From Victivallaceae bacterium (GTDB taxonomy: Bacteria; Verrucomicrobiota; Lentisphaeria; Victivallales; Victivallaceae), in the NCBI GenBank assembly GCA_045585875.1, contig JAZMZH010000005.1:1089-65088 (forward strand): a stretch of 64,000 nucleotides of DNA, written 5' to 3'. Each line of letters starts with the position of its first letter. Positions within the stretch are counted from its first letter, which is position 1. Below are positions 10,035 through 17,402 of the stretch, piece by piece. The notes beneath the pieces were generated by a model. That model had not been told where the DNA came from. It searched no databases and worked only from the letters and a program-made list of their open reading frames with translations. The position numbers and the translations under genes are program-made.

Positions 10035-10847
10035 ATGGTGTCGGATGAGTTTGATCCGGAGGTGATGCGTTATGCTTCATCCTGGTGCTGGCTGAGGAGT
10101 GATTTTGCCGGCGAGTACGACGAACTGCTGCGGTCCGGAGCGTTGCGCGAGGACGGCGGCGGCGAGGTGATCTGGGAGACCCGCAAGAAGTTCGTGCTGA
10201 AATTGACCGCGTCCTCCGGGCGGACGATCGCCTTTAAGAGCTACCGGCGGATGCGCAAGTGGATCTATCTGCTGCATCCCACGCCCACCGCCCGGGAAGC
10301 CGTCAATTTTCAGCGTCTCGCGGCGCTGGGAGTGCCTATGGTCGAACTGCTGGGCGTCGGCGAGATCCGCCGCCGGTTTCAGCCGGAAAAGGCTTTTTTG
10401 GTGACCGAGTTCGCACTGGGGTTCCGGGACGGCCGGAGTTTCTGCCCGGGCGGAGAAATGGCCGGGGAGGAGGAGCTGCGCCGGGAATTCTGCATCCGGA
10501 ATTTCCGTCTGCTGGCCCGTCTCCACGATCACGGCATCGTTCACGGGGGCTTTACTCCGGCCAATGAATTGTGGCGGCCGCTCTCCGAGCCCGACGGAAA
10601 CGGCAGCCGCATGGAGCTGGCGTGGATCGACGTGGCCACCTGCCGCCGGTGCACGGCGGGAGGATTGCAGAGGCTCATCCCGGATGATTTCGCCAATTTC
10701 ATGCGTTTCTTCGATTTTTCCGCGGAAGAGCGTCTCGCGCTTTTGCGGGAATACTGCGAAGCGGCCGAGATCGTCCGTTTCTCGCCCGGGGAGCTGGCCG
10801 AGGCGGTGGATCGGGCTCTGGCGGCGAGGAAGAAAAAACGGAAATGA
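10035..10847 (+). CDS. Lipopolysaccharide-kinase (Kdo/WaaP)/RIO-like protein-kinase-fold protein, possibly catalytically degenerate
   Basis: Kinase-fold layout: FVLKL lysine region, then a catalytic-loop-like IVHGGFTPANELW and WIDVA. Start is uncertain (GTG 10005, ATG 10035 or ATG 10065). Confidence 0.6.
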   Translation: MVSDEFDPEVMRYASSWCWLRSDFAGEYDELLRSGALREDGGGEVIWETRKKFVLKLTASSGRTIAFKSYRRMRKWIYLLHPTPTAREAVNFQRLAALGVPMVELLGVGEIRRRFQPEKAFLVTEFALGFRDGRSFCPGGEMAGEEELRREFCIRNFRLLARLHDHGIVHGGFTPANELWRPLSEPDGNGSRMELAWIDVATCRRCTAGGLQRLIPDDFANFMRFFDFSAEERLALLREYCEAAEIVRFSPGELAEAVDRALAARKKKRK

Positions 10848-10946
10848 GACGCCCTCCCGGGCGGAGTGAGCTCCGCCTCCGGAGTGCGGCGGATTGATGA
10901 TTTCGGATTTTTATGGATTGAGCGTAATAAAAGGGGATTTCGGTTT

Positions 10947-11573
10947 ATGAGTGCGTCCTATCTGATCGGTCTGGCGGTGAAGATTTTTCTGCTGCTGACG
11001 CCATTTTTCGTGCTTTCGGTTTTTGTTTCCAACTATTCCGGGATGGAGAAAGCCGCACGCAAGAATCTGGCGCTGCGCACCGGTCTGGCGGTGATGATCG
11101 CCAGCGTGGTCTTTTATCTCCTGGGGGAGGCCATTTTTCAATGTCTGGGGATTTCGCTGAACGCATTCCGCATCGGCGCCGGACTGGTGCTGATGCTGAA
11201 CGGCATCGACATGGTGCGGAGTTCGCTCCCCAAAAACCGTCAGGTGGAGATCGGCGGGGATTCGGCGATCGTTCCTCTGGCCATTCCCACTACCGTGGGG
11301 CCCGGCACCATCGGCACCCTGCTGGTCCTGGGCGCGAACGGCGCGGAAAGGGCGGCGCAGGCCGGGGTGTCCTCGATGTTCTTCAAAGGGATTGAAGTGG
11401 GAGTGATCGCGCTGGCCGGGTGCGGCGTCGGGATCATCCTGTACTTTTCCGACGGCGTCAGCAGACTGCTGAAGGAGAACGGCGTCAAGATCCTGAGCAA
11501 ACTCACCGGCATGTACATCGTCGCGCTGGCCGCCCAGATCATCTTTGACGGCGTGGCCGGATTTCTGAGTTAG
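10947..11573 (+). CDS. MarC-family (UPF0056/NAAT) integral membrane protein
   Basis: About 208 aa and multi-pass hydrophobic, with MarC-like segments (LLLTPFFVL, AIVPLAIPTTVGPGTIG). Start trimmed from 10866 to the ATG at 10947 because the upstream extension is non-membrane and out of character. Confidence 0.75.
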   Translation: MSASYLIGLAVKIFLLLTPFFVLSVFVSNYSGMEKAARKNLALRTGLAVMIASVVFYLLGEAIFQCLGISLNAFRIGAGLVLMLNGIDMVRSSLPKNRQVEIGGDSAIVPLAIPTTVGPGTIGTLLVLGANGAERAAQAGVSSMFFKGIEVGVIALAGCGVGIILYFSDGVSRLLKENGVKILSKLTGMYIVALAAQIIFDGVAGFLS

Positions 11574-11645
11574 GCCGCTCCGGGGCGGGTGCAAAAATGA
11601 GCGCCTCGCCAGCCCATGTTTCCCCGCATCCGCTCCAAGGGCTGA

Positions 11646-11839
11646 GCACAAAAAAGGCCCGGCTCCTTTCCTGAGGTTTTCCGGGCACAAAAAAGGGACA
11701 GGCCTTCCGATGCGGGTTTTCCGGGCACAAAAAGGGACAGGCCTCCCGATGCGGGTTTCCCAGGCACAAAAAAAGGGACAGGCTTCCCGATGCAGGTTTT
11801 CCGGGCACAAAAAAAGGGACTGCCGTTCGCGGCAGCCCC
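11646..11839. repeat. Tandem repeat, about 40-bp period, 4 full units plus a fifth unit that is a true hairpin terminator
   Basis: Units start at 11646, 11685, 11725, 11764 and 11805. Each begins GCACAAAAA(A)GGGAC(A/T)G. It lies between the convergent marC-like and small-basic-protein genes. Confidence 0.85.
11809..11839 (-). terminator. Intrinsic terminator of the minus-strand small basic protein gene
   Basis: On the minus strand: GGG-CTGCCG-CGAA-CGGCAG-TCCC followed by T7. Plus-strand stem 11820-11825 / 11830-11835, A-run 11809-11815. Confidence 0.7.
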
Positions 11840-11863
11840 CTGCGAAAACGTCGGAAACCCCGA

Positions 11864-12016
11864 TTACTCGATCGGCTTGGTCTTGGGCAGTCCGAGCACC
11901 TTGTCCTCGGAGATGCGCTTCTCGGCCAGCAGCAGATCGATGCGTTCAAAACGTTTCATGACATTGCGCTTTTTGCGGATCTTGCCGCCGACGCGCAGAC
12001 TGGGATGCTGGGACAT
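11864..12016 (-). CDS. Small basic protein (50 aa), absent from the supplied ORF track
   Basis: My translation of the minus strand: MSQHPSLRVGGKIRKKRNVMKRFERIDLLLAEKRISEDKVLGLPKTKPIE. GAGGTG SD-like sequence about 7 nt upstream and a strong terminator downstream. It resembles the ~50-aa 'small basic protein' family I recall from PVC-group bacteria (memory only). Confidence 0.7.
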   Translation of the reverse strand: MSQHPSLRVGGKIRKKRNVMKRFERIDLLLAEKRISEDKVLGLPKTKPIE

Positions 12017-12126
12017 TTTTTCACCTCTGTATGTTCATCGCTTGTTGAATATCGAATGATACGCCTATTAATATGCCATCAATTTCGGGAAAAGCAAATA
12101 AGTTATGTAAAAAAATAACAGAATCA

Positions 12127-12155
12127 TTAGAAAAAAGGCGATACCGTGGTATATT
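12127..12155 (+). promoter_or_regulatory. sigma70-like promoter candidate (TTAGAA-17 nt-TATATT) for the NuoE/NuoF/GltD/pyrKD unit
   Basis: TTAGAA at 12127-12132 and TATATT at 12150-12155, in the AT-rich divergent region. Confidence 0.4.
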
Positions 12156-12198
12156 ATTCGGAATGGAATTCTCATCGCTGCAAACCAGAAAGGTGCTT

Positions 12199-12666
12199 AT
12201 GAATTACGAATACATCCATGAGATCGAGCCCGTGCGCGGCAATCTCATCAAGGCTCTGCAGGTCATACAGGAGCACGAGGGATATATTTCCGATGACGCC
12301 ATCCGCGCCGCCGCGAAATACTTTTCGCTGCCGGAGGTGGAGGTGGAGGGCGTGGTCACTTTTTACGCCAAATTCAAGCGCACCCGTCCCGGGAAGTATC
12401 GTCTGACCTTCTGCGACGGCACCGCCTGCCACGTCAAGAAATCCCATTCTCTGCTGGACGCGGTCGAGCGGAAACTCCACATCAATCCCGATACGAAGCC
12501 CTCCACCGACGATTACCTCTTTTCGGTGGAGCGGGTGAGCTGTCTCGGCGCCTGCGGCATGGCCCCCGTGATGCAGCTGAACGAGAAACTCTACGGCATG
12601 CTCACGCCCGCCAAGGTGGAAAAGATGATCGACGACATTATCGCCAAGGAGAAGATCCATGAATAA
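12199..12666 (+). CDS. NuoE/HydC-like thioredoxin-like [2Fe-2S] subunit (second copy)
   Basis: CDGTACHVKK ... CLGACGMAP Cys pattern. Start trimmed to the ATG at 12199, which is preceded by AGAAAGGTG. Stop overlaps the next start by 8 nt. Confidence 0.88.
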   Translation: MNYEYIHEIEPVRGNLIKALQVIQEHEGYISDDAIRAAAKYFSLPEVEVEGVVTFYAKFKRTRPGKYRLTFCDGTACHVKKSHSLLDAVERKLHINPDTKPSTDDYLFSVERVSCLGACGMAPVMQLNEKLYGMLTPAKVEKMIDDIIAKEKIHE

Positions 12667-14560
12667 GATCCTCACTGATCTCGAGGCCGTGAAGCGGGAA
12701 TTCGACAGCCGGACCGCGGTCCTGGCCCACCGCATCATCCTCTGCGCCGGCAGCAACTGCGCGGCCAACGGCTCCCTGGAGGTCCGGGAGGCTTTTCAGC
12801 AGGCTTTGACCGAGGCGGGGGTGCCGCTGACGGTGGAACTTTACAAGGACGACACCAAAGGCTGCACCTACCTTTCCAAATCCGGATGCCAGGGCTTCTG
12901 CCAGATGGGGCCGAACCTCTATATCGAGCCCGAGCACGTCCACTATGTGCGGGTCAGGACTTCCGATGTCCGCGAGATCGTTGAAAAGACCATTCTCAAG
13001 GGCGAGGTCGTGGAGCGTCTGCTCTACCGGGATCCCGCCAGCGGCAAGGTCTGCCGCAGCAACGACGAAATCCCCTTTTACAACCGCCAGAAACGGGTGG
13101 TGCTCGCCAACTCCGCCATCGAGCCCGGAGATCCCGCCGAATACATCGCCGGCGGCGGCTACTTCGGCGCCCGCAAGGCCATTCTGGAGATGACGCCGGA
13201 GGAAATCTGCTCCACGGTGCTGGCTTCGGGCCTCCGGGGCCGCGGCGGCGCGGGATTTCCCACCGGGCGCAAGTGGCAGTTCGCCCTGGCCAGCCCGGGC
13301 AGTGACAAATACATCGTCTGCAACGGGGACGAGGGGGACCCGGGGGCGTTCATGGACCGTCTGGTCATGGAGGTTTCCCCCCACTCGGTGATCGAGGGCA
13401 TGATGATCGCGGGACGGGCCATCGGCGCTTCCCGCGGCGTGGCCTACATCCGCGCCGAATATCCCCTGGCGGTGCGGCGGATGCGCGAAGCCGCCCTGGC
13501 GGCCCGGGAGGCCGGACTGCTGGGAAAGAACATCTTCGGCAGCGATTTTGATTTTGACGTCACGGTGATGGAGGGGGCGGGAGCTTTTGTCTGCGGCGAG
13601 GAGACCGCTCTGATCGCCAGCGTCGAGGGGATGCGCGGGATTCCCCGGCCCAAGCCGCCTTTCCCGGCGCAGAAGGGCCTCTACGCCAAGCCCACGGTCA
13701 TCAACAATGTGGAGACGCTGGCCAACGTGCCCGTCGTCATCCGCAACGGCGTCGAAGCCTATCGTTCGGTGGGGCCGGAGAACTCTCCCGGCACCAAGAC
13801 TTTCGCATTGACCGGCCATGTGGCCACTTCGGGTCTGATCGAGGTGCCCTTCGGCACCACGCTCCGGGAGATCGTCCACAATATCGGCGGCGGCGTCACC
13901 GACAACCGGGGCAAGGTCACCGGACGGGATTTCAAGGCGGTGCAGATCGGCGGTCCCTCCGGCGGCTGTCTGACGCCGGAGATGCTGGATCTCCCCATCG
14001 ACTACGATTCGCTGAAGAGCGTGGGGGCGATGGTCGGCTCCGGCGGCATGGTGGTGATCAACGATCAGACCTGCATCGTGAAGATCGCCCGATTTTTCAT
14101 GCAGTTCTCCCAGAACGAATCCTGCGGGAAGTGCACTTTTTGCCGGGTCGGCACCAAGCGGATGCTGGAGATTCTGGACAAGATCATCGCCGGAAAAGGC
14201 GTGCCGGAGGATCTGGACAAGCTGGAGGACCTGGCCCGGAAGATCAAGGTTTCGGCTTTCTGCGGACTGGGGCAGACCGCGCCCAATCCGATTCTCTCGA
14301 CGCTCCGTCACTTCCGGGAGGAGTACCTCGCCCATGTGGTTGAGAAGCGCTGTCCCACCGGCGAATGCGAAGCTCTGATCGACCTGGAGATCGACCCGGA
14401 GAAATGCGTCCGGTGCGGTCTCTGCATCCGCCGCTGTCCGGTGGGGGCCGTCGGTCCCGACTTCAGGATCGACCCGGAGAAGTGCACCCGCTGCAAATCC
14501 TGCGCCGAAGCCTGCCCGAAACAGGCCATCCTCAGGATTTCCCCCCGTAAGAGCCATTGA
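12659..14560 (+). CDS. NuoF/HydB-like FMN/NAD(H)-binding subunit (second copy)
   Basis: GRGGAGFPTG, GAGAFVCGEETAL and ESCGKCTFCR, plus two C-terminal ferredoxin CxxCxxCxxxCP motifs. Clear paralogue of the 6094-8022 product. Confidence 0.93.
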   Translation: MNKILTDLEAVKREFDSRTAVLAHRIILCAGSNCAANGSLEVREAFQQALTEAGVPLTVELYKDDTKGCTYLSKSGCQGFCQMGPNLYIEPEHVHYVRVRTSDVREIVEKTILKGEVVERLLYRDPASGKVCRSNDEIPFYNRQKRVVLANSAIEPGDPAEYIAGGGYFGARKAILEMTPEEICSTVLASGLRGRGGAGFPTGRKWQFALASPGSDKYIVCNGDEGDPGAFMDRLVMEVSPHSVIEGMMIAGRAIGASRGVAYIRAEYPLAVRRMREAALAAREAGLLGKNIFGSDFDFDVTVMEGAGAFVCGEETALIASVEGMRGIPRPKPPFPAQKGLYAKPTVINNVETLANVPVVIRNGVEAYRSVGPENSPGTKTFALTGHVATSGLIEVPFGTTLREIVHNIGGGVTDNRGKVTGRDFKAVQIGGPSGGCLTPEMLDLPIDYDSLKSVGAMVGSGGMVVINDQTCIVKIARFFMQFSQNESCGKCTFCRVGTKRMLEILDKIIAGKGVPEDLDKLEDLARKIKVSAFCGLGQTAPNPILSTLRHFREEYLAHVVEKRCPTGECEALIDLEIDPEKCVRCGLCIRRCPVGAVGPDFRIDPEKCTRCKSCAEACPKQAILRISPRKSH

Positions 14561-14578
14561 AATAGAGAGTTGCCTATT

Positions 14579-16630
14579 ATGGAAAAGATGATCGAATTTA
14601 CCATCGACGGGAAACATGTGAGCGCGGCTCCCGGTGAAACCATTCTCGCCGTCGCCGTGCGCAACAATATCTCCATCCCCACGTTGTGTTTCAATACCTG
14701 CGTCTCCCGCAACACGACCTGCCTGGTCTGCGTGGTTCGGGACATGAAGAGCGGGCGCTTCATCCCCGCCTGCACCGCGCTGCCGGCGCCGGGACAGGAG
14801 ATCGACGCTTCCGGCGAAACGGTCCGGGACATGCGCAAGACCGCTCTGGAACTTCTGCTCTCCGAGCACAACGGCGACTGCGAAGCTCCCTGCCGCATCG
14901 CCTGTCCGGCTCATGCGGATGTGGAGCGCTATGTCCGCGAAGGGAAAAACGGCCGCTGGACGGAGGCGATCAAGATCATCAAGGAGCGCATCCCGCTGCC
15001 CATGAGCGTGGGGCGGGTCTGCCCGCGCTTCTGCGAGAAGAAGTGCCGCAAAAACCTCTTCGGCGCTCCGGTGGACATCAACGACTTCAAGCGCAAGGCC
15101 GCCGACGAGGCCTACGACTCCTACATGGAGGAGATCGCTCCCGATAACGGTTCGAGAGTGGCGGTGGCGGGCGCCGGTCCGGCCGGTCTGGCCGTGGCCT
15201 ACTATCTGCGTCTGGCGGGATGCCGGGTGACGGTTTTCGAGCAGATGCCCAAGCCGGGCGGGATGCTCCGCTACGGCATCCCCGAATACCGTCTCCCCAA
15301 GGAGAAAGTGCTGGATCGCGAGCTGGCTCATTTCGAGCGGCTCGGAGTGGAATTCCGCTTCAACTGCCGGGTGGGCCGGGATATTTCCCTGAAGGAGCTG
15401 GCCGGGAGTTTCGACGCGGCGGTGCTCGCGTACGGCTGCTGGCAGGCCTCGCCCATGAAGTGTCCGGGCGAGGAGTTCGCCGTCCAGGGCATTGACTTCC
15501 TGCGCAGCGTTGCGGAAAAGCGTTTCTCCGGCGCCCCGGGCCGGGTGGCGGTGGTGGGCGGCGGCAATACCGCCATGGACTGTCTGCGCACCAGCGTCCG
15601 CCTCGGCGCAAAGGAGGTCACCTGCGTCTACCGCCGCGGCGAGGCTGAAATGCCCGCGGAAAAGGCCGAGATCCGCGAGGCCCGCGAGGAAGGGGTCCGC
15701 TTCACCTTTCTCACCGCTCCGGTGGAGATCCGCAGGGCGGCCGAGGCTCTTGAGATGGTCTGCGTGAAAATGCAGCTGGGCGAGCCCGACGCCTCGGGCC
15801 GCCGCCGTCCCGAACCGGTCCCGGGCAGCGAATTCATCATCCCCTGCGACACCATCATCGCCGCCATCGGCCAGAAGCCCGCCCCCATCGAGGGGCTGCC
15901 GGTGAACCGCTACGGCTACTGCGCCGAAGTCACCGAGCTCGAGGGGTGCAGATTCTTCGCCGCCGGCGACTGTCTGACCGGTCCGGCGACGGTGGTCGAG
16001 GCGCTGGGCGGGGCCCGTCATACCGCCTCGGAGATTCTGGTTTCCCTGGGGCACAAGCCTCTGCCGATGGATTCCAAAGTGAATGTTTCCAGGGGCGAGT
16101 GGCAGTCCATGACCCCGGAGGATGTGGTGAAGATCAATCCCGGGCTCTCCGAGACCGGGCGCATCCCCGAAAAACTGATCGACATCGACCGGCGCAAAAA
16201 CACCTTCGACGAGGTCGCGCTCACCCAGGACGCCGAAGATCTGGCCCGGGAGGGGGCGCGCTGCATCGAGTGTTCCTGCGCCGCCAATCAGGACTGCAAG
16301 CTCAGAAAGCTTTCCGAGGAGTACGGCGCCTCCGTGGACGCCTTTGCCGGCGCCAAACCGGCCCGCTCGGCCGATACCCGGCACCCGGCCATCATCCGGG
16401 ACGCCGGCAAGTGCGTGAAGTGCGGCATCTGCATCAAGGTCTGCGGCGAGGTGGTGAATCAATATCTGCTGGGATTCGGGAAGCGCGGTTTCGCCGGCGA
16501 GGTCATGACCGCCTTCGGAGCTCCGCTGCCGGACTCCTGCGCCCGGTGCGGCAAATGCGTGGAATCCTGTCCGGTGGGCGCGCTGACCTGGCGGGACCAG
16601 AAAACCAATGCCGATCATGCAAAACGGTGA
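14579..16630 (+). CDS. [2Fe-2S] ferredoxin / GltD-like NAD(P)H:FAD oxidoreductase / 2x[4Fe-4S] fusion protein
   Basis: NuoG/HydA-type N-terminus (IPTLCF...CLVC...C, LLLSEHNGDCEAPC). GltD-type CPRFCEKKC cluster. Dinucleotide folds VAVAGAGPAGLAVAYYL and VAVVGGGNTAMDC. C-terminal KCVKCGICIKVC and CARCGKCVESCP. Start could be the TTG at 14570 or the ATG at 14579. Confidence 0.88.
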   Translation: MEKMIEFTIDGKHVSAAPGETILAVAVRNNISIPTLCFNTCVSRNTTCLVCVVRDMKSGRFIPACTALPAPGQEIDASGETVRDMRKTALELLLSEHNGDCEAPCRIACPAHADVERYVREGKNGRWTEAIKIIKERIPLPMSVGRVCPRFCEKKCRKNLFGAPVDINDFKRKAADEAYDSYMEEIAPDNGSRVAVAGAGPAGLAVAYYLRLAGCRVTVFEQMPKPGGMLRYGIPEYRLPKEKVLDRELAHFERLGVEFRFNCRVGRDISLKELAGSFDAAVLAYGCWQASPMKCPGEEFAVQGIDFLRSVAEKRFSGAPGRVAVVGGGNTAMDCLRTSVRLGAKEVTCVYRRGEAEMPAEKAEIREAREEGVRFTFLTAPVEIRRAAEALEMVCVKMQLGEPDASGRRRPEPVPGSEFIIPCDTIIAAIGQKPAPIEGLPVNRYGYCAEVTELEGCRFFAAGDCLTGPATVVEALGGARHTASEILVSLGHKPLPMDSKVNVSRGEWQSMTPEDVVKINPGLSETGRIPEKLIDIDRRKNTFDEVALTQDAEDLAREGARCIECSCAANQDCKLRKLSEEYGASVDAFAGAKPARSADTRHPAIIRDAGKCVKCGICIKVCGEVVNQYLLGFGKRGFAGEVMTAFGAPLPDSCARCGKCVESCPVGALTWRDQKTNADHAKR

Positions 16631-17399
16631 AATCATTTTCAACACCTCCCTCGGCGGGGGGTATTTTCACATCTCCTTTTTCGCGCCGGAGATCGCCGTC
16701 AAGGCCGCTCCGGGGCAGTTCGTCCACGTCCGGATCGCCGATCTGCGGGACCGCATCCTCCGCCGCCCCTTCAGCATCGAGGACGCCGATCCCGCGCGGG
16801 GAAGCGTGGACGTGGTTTACAAGACCGTGGGGGAGGGGACCCGCTTCCTCTCCCGGTGCGCTCCCGGAGCGGTCTGCGATCTCATGGGACCGCTGGGGAA
16901 TGGGTTTTCTCCCTGTCCCGGGGAGGCGACTCCGGTGCTGGTGACCGGCGGATACGGCGTGGCGGCGACCCGCCTCTGCGCCAAGGCCCGGCCGGGCGGC
17001 ATCCTGCTGGCCGGGGCCCGTTCCCGGGAGGACCTGCTGCTGCTGGACGATTACCGGGGATTCGGCTATGACGTGCGGGTGGCCACCAACGACGGGTCCG
17101 CGGGCGCAAAGGGGTTTGTGACGGAGCTGCTCAAGGATTTGCTCGCGGAGACGCCGGAGCGGAAGTTCGCCATCCGGGCCTGCGGGCCGCAGCCCATGCT
17201 CATGGCGCTGGCCGGGATGCTGCCCGATGCGGGATACGCCGACGCCGAACTGAGTCTGGATCATCTGATGTGCTGCGGCGTCGGGGCCTGTTTCGCCTGT
17301 GTGGTGAAGGTCCGGGACGGCGCGGGCGGCTGGCGCTACGCCCGGAGCTGCGCCGAGGGTCCGGTCTTCAAGGCCGGGGAAGTTTATACCGGAGAGTGA
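16608..17399 (+). CDS. pyrK: Dihydroorotate dehydrogenase B electron-transfer subunit PyrK (FAD, [2Fe-2S])
   Basis: Ferredoxin-reductase-like fold with RRPFSI and the C-terminal cluster motif MCCGVGACFAC...C. Start (16608 or 16617) lies inside the last 23 nt of the upstream gene. Confidence 0.9.
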   Translation: MPIMQNGEIIFNTSLGGGYFHISFFAPEIAVKAAPGQFVHVRIADLRDRILRRPFSIEDADPARGSVDVVYKTVGEGTRFLSRCAPGAVCDLMGPLGNGFSPCPGEATPVLVTGGYGVAATRLCAKARPGGILLAGARSREDLLLLDDYRGFGYDVRVATNDGSAGAKGFVTELLKDLLAETPERKFAIRACGPQPMLMALAGMLPDAGYADAELSLDHLMCCGVGACFACVVKVRDGAGGWRYARSCAEGPVFKAGEVYTGE

Positions 17400-17402
17400 A
17401 TC

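Noticed and set aside
5866-10080. 1404-aa minus-strand ORF. Similar giants occur at 12638-16645 (1335 aa), 49608-53933 (1441 aa), 61062-63227 (721 aa), 195-1973, 1955-3475 and elsewhere.
   Set aside because: They lie exactly antisense to genes with unambiguous catalytic motifs. Their translations are Arg/Gly/Ala/Pro-rich low-complexity sequence. Long stop-free antisense frames are expected at this G+C content.
11646-11839. Possible CRISPR array, because of regularly spaced repeats.
   Set aside because: The units abut one another with no unique spacers. The period is about 40 bp in total and no cas genes are nearby. It is a plain tandem repeat.
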